From the IMG/VR virus record IMGVR_UViG_3300032334_002666, positions 1 to 63,276 of that record: a stretch of DNA of 63,276 bases. The stretch is one strand, 5' to 3'. Of this stretch, positions 36,916-45,645 are shown piece by piece; within the stretch, counting starts at the first letter, position 1, and every line of letters begins with the position of its first letter. The translations under genes and the position numbers were made by a program. The DNA is from a virus. Lineage: Duplodnaviria; Caudoviricetes. Under the pieces are notes generated by a model. The model saw nothing but the letters and a program-made list of their open reading frames with translations. It was not told where the DNA came from and ran no database searches.

Positions 36916-38024
36916 TAATCGTATTGTTTTGTGTTTCTTAATGAATCATAAATCTCTTTGAATTTATCAACTATTTGAGTCGATTGATCAGTAGGAAGAT
37001 TCATAAGCTTGATGCGTTCTTCTAATAGAGTGAAAATGTTGTATTCGTAATTTGAATCTAGTTCAAGCTCGCTCTTATTTTTTAATTGATCTTGCGAATA
37101 TGAAGCAAATTCAAGCCGGCGATGTCCATAGCTTTTTACCAGTTCTGTAAATTGTGAAAGTGGAAACTTCTTTGAAAATTCCGACTCGATCATAATATCA
37201 ACGAAATTATTTACGAATTCCTGTTGAATCTGGTCAGGTGTTAATTCAAGCAGATCTAATACTTCAAATCTAAGATGACGTGGTGAAAAATCATTTGGGA
37301 TAAATTTCTCAGTTACCTCTTTACCGCTTACATCAAGAACATAGAATCCTTTTTGATTTCCGCGATCACCTCTATCCATTTCGTATGGAGTTCCAACATA
37401 GAGAACGTTTCCTTTTTCTTGTCGAATATGGATATGACCAGAATAGATTCGAGTAAATTGGTTAAGTTCAGATTGTTCTAATCCGTGTTCAAGTTTAGTG
37501 ACTTTCGTTAGGTTAAAACCTTTAACATCAGCATGACAAAAAACATATTTGGCTGACCGATATGATTGGATTTGATTTTTTAACTCTTCTAGTTTCTCAA
37601 TCCACGGCAACATTAAAAAGTTATGAGAATTGATAGTTAATATCTCAGGCTTCTCATAAATCTTAAAATTAGAATACATGCGATCAAATCCCTCTAGTGA
37701 GTGAGTATCGGTTCGGTCTTTATAATATACATCATGATTGCCTAATATTACAAAGACGCCTCGTTTAAACTTCTTTGTGAATACTTCAGCAATCTTTAGG
37801 GAAAGCTTGTAAATTCGGGTATTAGTAGATTCTCTAACATGGTTCCAGTCACCTACTTGTACTAGAATATCTGTCTCTGGATCAAAGCCTTCCTCCTCTA
37901 TCTGTTTAAGAAAATAGTCGATAAGATATGTTGTTTGAATATCTGACCACTCGACTGAGTTATTACGTACGCCTAAGTGAAGATCACCAAGTACAAATAT
38001 TTTTCTAATGTTATCTAATTTCAT
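36915..38024 (-). CDS. Mre11/SbcD-like nuclease (T4 gp47)
   Basis: GDLHLG, GD, GNHD and SGHIH motifs; coupled to the gp46-like gene. Confidence 0.93.
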   Translation of the reverse strand: MKLDNIRKIFVLGDLHLGVRNNSVEWSDIQTTYLIDYFLKQIEEEGFDPETDILVQVGDWNHVRESTNTRIYKLSLKIAEVFTKKFKRGVFVILGNHDVYYKDRTDTHSLEGFDRMYSNFKIYEKPEILTINSHNFLMLPWIEKLEELKNQIQSYRSAKYVFCHADVKGFNLTKVTKLEHGLEQSELNQFTRIYSGHIHIRQEKGNVLYVGTPYEMDRGDRGNQKGFYVLDVSGKEVTEKFIPNDFSPRHLRFEVLDLLELTPDQIQQEFVNNFVDIMIESEFSKKFPLSQFTELVKSYGHRRLEFASYSQDQLKNKSELELDSNYEYNIFTLLEERIKLMNLPTDQSTQIVDKFKEIYDSLRNTKQYD

Positions 38025-38248
38025 CCTTGAGTTGCTAGCTGATCAATATCTATTACTTTTGAAATACTCGTAAGTTTCGCCATAAATATCTTAAGATCGG
38101 CTGCTGTTGCAAAAGCATAAGTAGTTGGCAATATTGAATTAGCATCATAGAAAGTTACATCAGTTGTCGAAGTCTCCTCAAATCGATATACTTGTTCAAG
38201 ATTAAGGTAAACTGATCCGGTGGTATGTGTTAATTTAATGTAAGTCAT
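38021..38248 (-). CDS. Hypothetical protein
   Basis: 75-aa ORF coupled to its neighbours on both sides. Confidence 0.65.
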   Translation of the reverse strand: MTYIKLTHTTGSVYLNLEQVYRFEETSTTDVTFYDANSILPTTYAFATAADLKIFMAKLTSISKVIDIDQLATQG

Positions 38249-38793
38249 TAGTGTATTCTTTTTTTATGCATTTTTCCTTCTAGAAATTTATACTTCTTAT
38301 TTAGCTCAAGGATCAAGATTTCTTGAATCTCAGTATCTAGTGAATCAAAGATCTTTTTGTATTCCATTGATGAAATCGATGAGATTGCTTCAAGGATATA
38401 GATTGGACTGTAGAAATTTATACCACGATTAGCAATATCTAGATTCTCGTGTACTCTATTGAAGATTAAGTTAAGGTCCTCCTTTGAGAATTTTATTTTT
38501 GATATTGCTGGATCTTGAGTTAACTCAATTGTATATCGACTAAGGACCTCATCTTTTTGTAAAAATTCAAAGATTATGTCTAGGATAAATTTTGATTCTA
38601 ATTGCTCTTCGTAATCATATAGGTCCTTCAAATAATTATCTGAATAATCGGATGATACTGATATCTTTTTTGAGAATTCATATTCTTCTGAATCTTTTAG
38701 CTTATCACCATTGTAATAGCTATTATTAAATATTTTGTCCTCTCTTATTGGATCGTTAGGCAGATCCTTTGTAAATTCTTCGTCTTCGCTCAT
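38248..38793 (-). CDS. Hypothetical protein
   Basis: 181-aa ORF in the replication operon. Confidence 0.7.
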   Translation of the reverse strand: MSEDEEFTKDLPNDPIREDKIFNNSYYNGDKLKDSEEYEFSKKISVSSDYSDNYLKDLYDYEEQLESKFILDIIFEFLQKDEVLSRYTIELTQDPAISKIKFSKEDLNLIFNRVHENLDIANRGINFYSPIYILEAISSISSMEYKKIFDSLDTEIQEILILELNKKYKFLEGKMHKKRIH

Positions 38794-38807
38794 TCATATG
38801 AATTATT

Positions 38808-40292
38808 TTATATGGAATTAAAGAGAGCATCATAGTCATCTTCAATTATATTATCAACTATAGCGGGTTCTGGAGAATTAGTTATTTCAGAATATTCAGA
38901 CCTTAATTCGTCTGCCATTCTACTTACTTCTTCATCATCACTATAAAATTCGCTATTTTGTCCACTCTCTTCAGAAAGTCTAAAATAGTCTTTATGCATT
39001 GTGTAAAATTTATAACTTTCTTCGTAACCATTGTCACGATTGGCAATTACTTTAATTTTCATTCTACTCTCTAATGGACTTCTCATTAGGCCAAATAGAG
39101 CATCAACTGTATGGATTAGACCAAATGACTCAGCTACTGAATCCATACCTAAATCAAAATTATCAATATCTTCTCGACGAATTTGAGTGGCACTTATTAT
39201 ACACCATTCATTTCGCATAGCAACACCTCTAAGTTCTTCAGAAATAGCTTTGATCTTTTCATAAAGACCATTTTGAGTATTAATAGGTCGTAATAGGTTT
39301 AGATAATCTACTACGACTACTTTAAACTTCTTATTCATCTTTTGCTCAAGTCGAACAAAATAATTTTCAATATCAATTGCAGTAGCTCCACCAGTAGGAA
39401 ACTCCTTAACGATTAACTCGCCAATGTTTTTACCGGAATCCTTAAGCTCTTGAATCTTGTTTTGAACAAGCTTAGATGCAGCTTCATCTGTGATCATTGC
39501 ATAGTCTTCGGATTTTATATTTAAAATATTCGATCCGATTCGCTTCATATATGAACGATCAGCTAATTCAACTGTGACTAATCCAGTAACGTTTCCAGAA
39601 AGAAATGATCGAGCTGCAATATTTCCAAGAACCATTGATTTACCAACTTTAGGTCGACCTTGAAAAACTACAAGTGCTTTTGAGTTCCACCCTCCTCCTT
39701 GAACTTTATCTAGAAAAGCAAAGCCAGTTGGGCTTCCTGATTTTGAAATTTGGATATGAGATTCTGGATTAAAGAAATTTAGGCCAGTATCTGCGCTTGA
39801 GAAGTTTAGAGCAAGTTTAGTACTAATATCGTTTCTAATCTTTTCAGAGATCTTATCAATATTTCCTGGATCAATTGGAGTGGTTTTTAGATAGGTAAGT
39901 AGATCAAAGACAGTTAAGTTTAAATTTCTTAAGAGAATAAATGATCTAACATATTTGTAAAGATAATCATAATTATATTCATTTAGATTAAATGCATACA
40001 ATTCACTAAATTCATCTTCATCTAAATTAACATTGCCTAGGTCAAGATAACTTCTGAGTTCTTTTTTATTTGGAATCTTCTCGTATTCTTTAAAAAACTT
40101 TATTGCTACTTTAAATGATTCTTGTCGGTCATCATCATTAAAATAACTAGGCTTCATCATTGTGATTAATTCTTCACGTCTTAAAGAGTCATGATTAGAT
40201 GGCTTTAGATCATTAAGGTCATTATCGGAATTTAGGATAAAATTCCAAACCATCTTTTCAAGAGAGTCAATATTTTCTGTAAAATCAATCAT
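38808..40292 (-). CDS. Replicative DnaB-like helicase (T4 gp41)
   Basis: GRPKVGKS, VKEFPTG, VVDYLNL, SATQ and AESFG motifs. Confidence 0.92.
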   Translation of the reverse strand: MIDFTENIDSLEKMVWNFILNSDNDLNDLKPSNHDSLRREELITMMKPSYFNDDDRQESFKVAIKFFKEYEKIPNKKELRSYLDLGNVNLDEDEFSELYAFNLNEYNYDYLYKYVRSFILLRNLNLTVFDLLTYLKTTPIDPGNIDKISEKIRNDISTKLALNFSSADTGLNFFNPESHIQISKSGSPTGFAFLDKVQGGGWNSKALVVFQGRPKVGKSMVLGNIAARSFLSGNVTGLVTVELADRSYMKRIGSNILNIKSEDYAMITDEAASKLVQNKIQELKDSGKNIGELIVKEFPTGGATAIDIENYFVRLEQKMNKKFKVVVVDYLNLLRPINTQNGLYEKIKAISEELRGVAMRNEWCIISATQIRREDIDNFDLGMDSVAESFGLIHTVDALFGLMRSPLESRMKIKVIANRDNGYEESYKFYTMHKDYFRLSEESGQNSEFYSDDEEVSRMADELRSEYSEITNSPEPAIVDNIIEDDYDALFNSI

Positions 40293-40617
40293 TCGTTAGA
40301 TAAAAATAAGTTAGTCCTTTTTTTGTAAAATATATGAAGTCACCTTCAGTCGTAAGATAATCATCAGCGATCATTGTCTTTAATGATTTAACTAAGTTTG
40401 TTTTAAAAGTTTCATCTTTGATCTTATCTCCAAATACATACTTTAGAGATTTGGATGAAAATTTTATGTTTTTTAGCTCTAAACTCTTTTCTTTGGAGTT
40501 AGCCACTCGTATTATGTACTGTAATATCTCAAAAAGGAGGGTAAACTCGTCGCTTAGTCCCTCCTCATTGTACAGATTCAAATAATACTTTATTGGTAAA
40601 TTAGAGTGCAGCGTCAT
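40285..40617 (-). CDS. Hypothetical protein, possibly winged-helix
   Basis: 110-aa ORF between the UvsX and helicase genes; C-terminal IYFTKKG. Confidence 0.6.
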   Translation of the reverse strand: MTLHSNLPIKYYLNLYNEEGLSDEFTLLFEILQYIIRVANSKEKSLELKNIKFSSKSLKYVFGDKIKDETFKTNLVKSLKTMIADDYLTTEGDFIYFTKKGLTYFYLTND

Positions 40618-41806
40618 CTTCGTCGTCAGTTAAGTCGTTAAGTTCACTAGTCTCTAATAAGTCGATTTCATCTTGTGTTTCTGGAAATTTAAAAGTAGGT
40701 TTAATTACTTTTTCATCAAGCTCCATTAATACATCGTGGGTAAATAATCTACCTGTAAAAAATTCTTTGACTGGTACAAGATCTCCATTATGTCGAATAA
40801 CGTAGCTCTTTCCAAGTTTCTTAGGTAGGAAATAGAATGTCTCTCCATCTACTTTAAATTCGGAACAAATTGATTGCTCGTCACTCTTTAATTTTGAAAA
40901 TTCTTTTTCAGTTAACTTATTTCCTCGACCAACTCCGCAATTTTCCCAATTGACAAACTGTTCAAGTCCTACATATTGATTCATTCCTTTATGGAACGAG
41001 ATATGGAATTCAATATCAATTGGTTTAGCGAGACGATTTTTTCTGGTTTTGGATCGAACGATAATTCCGGTGGTAGTCTTAGCCTCATCTCTTAGGGTTC
41101 CTTTACTTAACATTAAGATAATTGATGCTGAGAACTCAGGACCTCCTCCACCAGACATTCCTTTAGGAGTATACTGATCCATTGAAGCATAAGTATGATT
41201 AGTAAAGATAAATGGGACTTTTAAATTAGATAGCTCAAGAGTAAACGACTTAAATAGTGATCTCATCTCTTTAGAACGGAGACCCATATCCGATGCGTTT
41301 TTACCAGCATCCATATCTCTTTTACTCTTATCAGTATCGAGCATTCCTACTGAGTCAACAAAGATTGCAGCCTTTAATCCTGGATTATCTCGCATAGTTT
41401 CAATAAAATCATTAATGAAGAATTTAACATCACTGATTAAACCCATACGAAGGTATTTTAATTTTTCTAGATCTACTCCAAATTTGATATAATCTGATCT
41501 ATCGATTGCACCTTCAGTGTCAATATAGAAAACAAAATAGTCTTTCTTTTGAAGCTCTCTAACTGCATTTAAGCAAAGGAATGTTTTACCTGCACCAGAA
41601 TCTCCAGCGATTCCAATACTTCGAGTGTTTGGATATCCACCGAATACTGATCCTGAGATTTGAGCATTTAAGAGATAATTTCCAGTTGGAATATAATCAT
41701 CAATATCTGAAAATCCCATTAGGGTGATCTTGGTTTTTACCTTCTTTTCTAGGAGGTCATTGAATTTATTAAAAGCATTAATTGCGTCGTTTGTTGACTT
41801 TGCCAT
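40601..41806 (-). CDS. uvsX: RecA-like recombinase (T4 UvsX)
   Basis: GDSGAGKT, IDTE, VDSVG, TNHTY, SGGGG and KNR motifs. Confidence 0.92.
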   Translation of the reverse strand: MAKSTNDAINAFNKFNDLLEKKVKTKITLMGFSDIDDYIPTGNYLLNAQISGSVFGGYPNTRSIGIAGDSGAGKTFLCLNAVRELQKKDYFVFYIDTEGAIDRSDYIKFGVDLEKLKYLRMGLISDVKFFINDFIETMRDNPGLKAAIFVDSVGMLDTDKSKRDMDAGKNASDMGLRSKEMRSLFKSFTLELSNLKVPFIFTNHTYASMDQYTPKGMSGGGGPEFSASIILMLSKGTLRDEAKTTTGIIVRSKTRKNRLAKPIDIEFHISFHKGMNQYVGLEQFVNWENCGVGRGNKLTEKEFSKLKSDEQSICSEFKVDGETFYFLPKKLGKSYVIRHNGDLVPVKEFFTGRLFTHDVLMELDEKVIKPTFKFPETQDEIDLLETSELNDLTDDEDDAAL

Positions 41807-41824
41807 AATTATGTATTTTAATAT

Positions 41825-41852
41825 ATTCTACTAGAGAAAGGGTAAAAGTTCT
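41825..41852 (-). promoter_or_regulatory. Class B promoter AGAACTTT-N14-TAGAAT
   Basis: Shared motif, 18 nt before the ATG at 41806. Confidence 0.55.
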
Positions 41853-42408
41853 ATTCTGAAATATAAGAAAGTAATAAAATAGAACAGGAAAGAGTTAGGG
41901 TATCACAAATTTCTCCTCGCATAACTCTACTAAATCGTACTTTGTCGATTGAATGCATTTTAGATTCTGGATCAATTATTTTAGGCATAAATCCAGTAGG
42001 GTCTTCACTATAATTAGTTAAGTTAAGAGCGTAACACTTATAGGTCTTAGTAAAAGGAATAGTGTGCTGTATTTGTCCTAAATAAAAAATATCATTTACA
42101 TCAATATCAGATAAACCTAATTCAGAATCTATACAATCAGAAAGAGATTCATGATATGTATTAAATTCGTCAGGTTTAAGAGACGCGGTGATACACCTTT
42201 TATTTTCTCCATTTAAAACATAATCATGATACTTTGCAAGATATACATTTTTTATTTGGTCGTTTTCATTAACGTCAAAAGGAAGCAAACAAATTGCTTC
42301 CCTCGATGACGAAATTCTTTTGAAACTTCCCTTATCTCCAGTAAAATTTAGGACTTTAAACTTATCGTCTGAATATTCTTCGTTTGAATTAAATTGGTCA
42401 TTCTTCAT
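41851..42408 (-). CDS. Nudix-fold protein with a degenerate Nudix box
   Basis: AICLLPF beta strand; ITASLKPDE...SDCIDSELGL in the Nudix-box position; YLG.I. Confidence 0.5.
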   Translation of the reverse strand: MKNDQFNSNEEYSDDKFKVLNFTGDKGSFKRISSSREAICLLPFDVNENDQIKNVYLAKYHDYVLNGENKRCITASLKPDEFNTYHESLSDCIDSELGLSDIDVNDIFYLGQIQHTIPFTKTYKCYALNLTNYSEDPTGFMPKIIDPESKMHSIDKVRFSRVMRGEICDTLTLSCSILLLSYISE

Positions 42409-43036
42409 GTATCTCAGTAATATTTACAGTAGGGCCAGTCTTTCTTTGTTTTGGTGGTTGAGGAACTACCATTGTTGAAATAGAAGATTGTACTACTGTT
42501 TTATTTATCGCTCTAAATACATAATCAGATAATTCGCCAAGAAACTTATCTTTATCCTTTGCATTAGAATACATCATTTTTAAAAAATCCTGGTCAGGTA
42601 GGCTAATAGTCACCTGTAAATCTATATTTCTTTCCTCAGAATTAAACATTTCAAACATATTTGATGCTGCAGGCTGAGGCTGTACTTGTTGTTGAACCGA
42701 CTGAGGATTTCCGATTGGTCCTGGACCGCCCATTGGACCATTTTCCAAAGGTACTTGTGGAGCAATTGGTCGAGGTGGACCGGAAATAGATTCAACCTCG
42801 GCTCTAGTCAAAGGCTGCATGTCTCCATGTATCATCAATAGACTAGTATTTAATTGAGAGGTATCTACACTTGACCCATCATCAAATACTGCAAAAAATC
42901 GGTCTCCTCGAGGTTCGATATTTCTACACGTAACTAGTTTACCTAATAACTCAGGTCGATTTGTTTTGATCCACTGGAATTTTGCTCCAGAGAAATTCTC
43001 CATTAAGGAAATTAATTTGTTTTCGTCAAAGTGCAT
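42398..43036 (-). CDS. Hypothetical protein with a Pro/Gln-rich linker
   Basis: Likely start MHFDENKL at 43036; the track start overlaps the upstream gene. Confidence 0.65.
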   Translation of the reverse strand: MHFDENKLISLMENFSGAKFQWIKTNRPELLGKLVTCRNIEPRGDRFFAVFDDGSSVDTSQLNTSLLMIHGDMQPLTRAEVESISGPPRPIAPQVPLENGPMGGPGPIGNPQSVQQQVQPQPAASNMFEMFNSEERNIDLQVTISLPDQDFLKMMYSNAKDKDKFLGELSDYVFRAINKTVVQSSISTMVVPQPPKQRKTGPTVNITEIHEE

Positions 43037-43052
43037 TTGATCTTGGTTTTTT

Positions 43053-43385
43053 TTAGGAATTAAGTTCTTCCATAGTTGAGGCAGATTTATTGTCCTCAAT
43101 CGCTTTAAGAAATTCATCATCTAATGGTCCATTATTTGGAATGTTTGATCCTGGTGGGACAATTGAAATAGTTGGAAAATGATCCGCTGGAACTGCTCCA
43201 GTTGAAGTATTCCATAATGGATTATACATTTCACCAGTAACCCGACTAGACAATAGTCTATCTTTAGCTAAGGGCAATGCTGAAATCTTTTTTCTAACCT
43301 CCTTAATTTGTTGAGGAGATGGCGAGTTCTTACATGCGTCTAAGAAACCTTCGAGCCAGTTTACAAAATCTTGTGCTGTGTTCAT
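43053..43385 (-). CDS. Hypothetical protein
   Basis: 110-aa ORF with a MNTAQDFVNWLEGF N-terminus. Confidence 0.65.
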   Translation of the reverse strand: MNTAQDFVNWLEGFLDACKNSPSPQQIKEVRKKISALPLAKDRLLSSRVTGEMYNPLWNTSTGAVPADHFPTISIVPPGSNIPNNGPLDDEFLKAIEDNKSASTMEELNS

Positions 43386-43394
43386 ATTATTTGG

Positions 43395-44816
43395 TTATTT
43401 TGAGTTTTTTAATTGTTTAATCTCACCCTGAGTTTTGATACGTTCATCATATAATCTAGTAAGAATTTTTCTAGCAACTGAATCAGTTTTACTTGAAAAC
43501 ATAGTATCGTTTTTAGTATGGATTTCAGTGCCATCTTTTTTGACCTTATCGGTTTTTCCAAGATAGGTATCCGGTGAAATATTAAATTGGATTTGAATAT
43601 TTGGATACATTGAAGAGAAATCATAACATGCAACTGCGCCATAATATCCAGGAATTGGATCTTTTACATAGGCTCCAGCATAGGTACCATCAATTACCTC
43701 TTCTCCCCAAGGAAGTTTCATCATCTTCATGTTCTTATTTAGGAATTCACGGCACATTAAGATCTCAGCAATATACACTGGACTAAATACTTTGTTTACT
43801 TCTACTTGAGCGACATTTGCCATTGCAAAGGCAACATCCATTAGGGCAAGTTTATCCTCTATTAATTTAACTAGGATAACGTCAATCACGTTATACATAG
43901 TAAAGAGATAAGTATCCTTTTGGAATTCCATAAATGAAGAATAATCATGATGTAGTTTTGCAGTACCTAACACTAAGTCTGCGATATAGTCTAGTTTATA
44001 GTTTTCTACTACTTTATATGGCTTCATTTTTTCAAAGACTTGCATATAATCGAGAACACCTAAATGGGTAGGAATCTTAACCTTTGAAACAGTTGATCGA
44101 GTTGGCATGTTCTCCATCATATCGATCTTTAGATTCTTACCTCGATTCATCAAGTACTTCCAGTCAAATTCAGTAACATTCCAACCAGTAACAAAATTAA
44201 AGTGAGGCATGATCTTATGAAAGTAGAACGCCATTAATTCGTCTTCACTCTTAAAGAATTTATATTTGATTTTAAAATCTTGATTAAAGAGACGCGCATC
44301 TTCTGGTTTTTTAGGAACAGTTTTTCGGAAGTAGTCATTAACTCCTTTTTCCATTTGAACTATTTGTTCTGGAGTAAGTCCATCCGGTTGATCTTCGGTA
44401 TTTAGGATAGAGAGAATGTAGGTAACATTATCTTCATTGCAAAATGAGATAAGTCCAACCGGCATTCGGGCTTTATCTGGCTCTGGAAAAGAGTCATCGA
44501 TTAGTTTAATCTCAATATCAAGATATGTTTTCTTAGGAAAATTATCAAAATTGTAGACCATTTCAAGTTCTTCAGCAGTTAATTTCTCTTGAATCAACTC
44601 TTGAATTCTAAACTGATTCATGTATTGACCTTGAGAGTTACCTTTCTTTACAAACTTACCATTCCAGTTTTTGGTGGCAGTTGGTGTTTGAGATTCCACC
44701 CAATTGTACATTTCATGATCCATTAATCTTTTACGAATAAACTCAATCTTTCCACTCTCATTATAATATGAGATTGTTAATACATTGTCATTAAGTATTT
44801 CTGCACCAATTATCAT
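43395..44816 (-). CDS. Family B DNA polymerase, N-terminal half (exonuclease plus motif A) of a split gp43
   Basis: DIE, GWN..FDW and YNVID exonuclease motifs, GAYVKDP and YDFSSMYP; ends before motifs B and C. Confidence 0.88.
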   Translation of the reverse strand: MIIGAEILNDNVLTISYYNESGKIEFIRKRLMDHEMYNWVESQTPTATKNWNGKFVKKGNSQGQYMNQFRIQELIQEKLTAEELEMVYNFDNFPKKTYLDIEIKLIDDSFPEPDKARMPVGLISFCNEDNVTYILSILNTEDQPDGLTPEQIVQMEKGVNDYFRKTVPKKPEDARLFNQDFKIKYKFFKSEDELMAFYFHKIMPHFNFVTGWNVTEFDWKYLMNRGKNLKIDMMENMPTRSTVSKVKIPTHLGVLDYMQVFEKMKPYKVVENYKLDYIADLVLGTAKLHHDYSSFMEFQKDTYLFTMYNVIDVILVKLIEDKLALMDVAFAMANVAQVEVNKVFSPVYIAEILMCREFLNKNMKMMKLPWGEEVIDGTYAGAYVKDPIPGYYGAVACYDFSSMYPNIQIQFNISPDTYLGKTDKVKKDGTEIHTKNDTMFSSKTDSVARKILTRLYDERIKTQGEIKQLKNSK

Positions 44817-45046
44817 ACTCTAGGTTTAAATAGTTCGTTAATGTGTCCACAGTTTGAACAGGCAATTACTGGAATTGGAGCAATAGAGTCGTGTTCCGCG
44901 CCTGACATAAACTTAGATACTTTTTTAATCATCATTTTTTCTTCAAATACTCGTCCTTTGCACTCTTCGCATTCAATATACGGAGCGTCTGCTAAATTAA
45001 CATTTAATTGAGGTTGAGCTTGACCGCCACTTTGTAATGGATCCAT
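44813..45046 (-). CDS. Zinc-ribbon protein
   Basis: CEEC...CSNCGH. Confidence 0.75.
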   Translation of the reverse strand: MDPLQSGGQAQPQLNVNLADAPYIECEECKGRVFEEKMMIKKVSKFMSGAEHDSIAPIPVIACSNCGHINELFKPRV

Positions 45047-45062
45047 AGTTATTATACTTTTT

Positions 45063-45530
45063 TTAATATCCTCTTTTCTGTCTTTCGCGATTTTCTGCGT
45101 TCTTTGCCATGTACATATTGTACATTTCTTGAGGAGTCATGCCGATTGAAATAGCATAATTCATAAAGAAGTGTAGCATGTCAACTATTTCAAATTTACA
45201 TTCCAATTGGTCACCTTCAGAAAGATCGGAAAACTTCATGAAACTATATTTACTAAAGTCACTCTTCCAATATTTCCAAATAGCGTTTCCGCTACCGTCT
45301 TTGATTCCACCAAGTGCATCAGTTGCCTCATGGATTTCATCAACTATTGCGTGGGTATTGGCATGCCAAAATGACATGATCTCGCGAAGAGTCATATTGT
45401 CAAAATTCCATCCATATACAGTGCTTTGAGTATCCTTTTGGAGAGCCATAATGTCTCCTAGAGTATCAGTGCTTTGTGAATATAGATCTTCGATCTTAAG
45501 ATCGGCACAAGTATTATCGATATTTGCCAT
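45063..45530 (-). CDS. Dimeric dCTP/dUTP pyrophosphatase (T4 gp56-like)
   Basis: DEIHE, WKYWK, ECKFEIVDMLHF and KNAENRERQKRGY motifs. Confidence 0.85.
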   Translation of the reverse strand: MANIDNTCADLKIEDLYSQSTDTLGDIMALQKDTQSTVYGWNFDNMTLREIMSFWHANTHAIVDEIHEATDALGGIKDGSGNAIWKYWKSDFSKYSFMKFSDLSEGDQLECKFEIVDMLHFFMNYAISIGMTPQEMYNMYMAKNAENRERQKRGY

Positions 45531-45617
45531 TCTTATTGTATTTTGTTATCTTATACTGTAAAACGAGTCGAGGATCTTAATTTTTCAATTTTTTTAGATT
45601 TATTGATGCTATTTAAG

Positions 45618-45625
45618 ATAAATAA
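45618..45625 (+). promoter_or_regulatory. Class A (late) promoter ATAAATAA
   Basis: 20 nt before the ATG at 45646. Confidence 0.6.
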
Positions 45626-45645
45626 TTAAAAATATCTATACCGAG

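Noticed and set aside
43409-43642. Alternative-frame ORF as a frameshifted continuation of PolB
   Set aside because: It lacks motifs B and C and ends inside the PolB gene.
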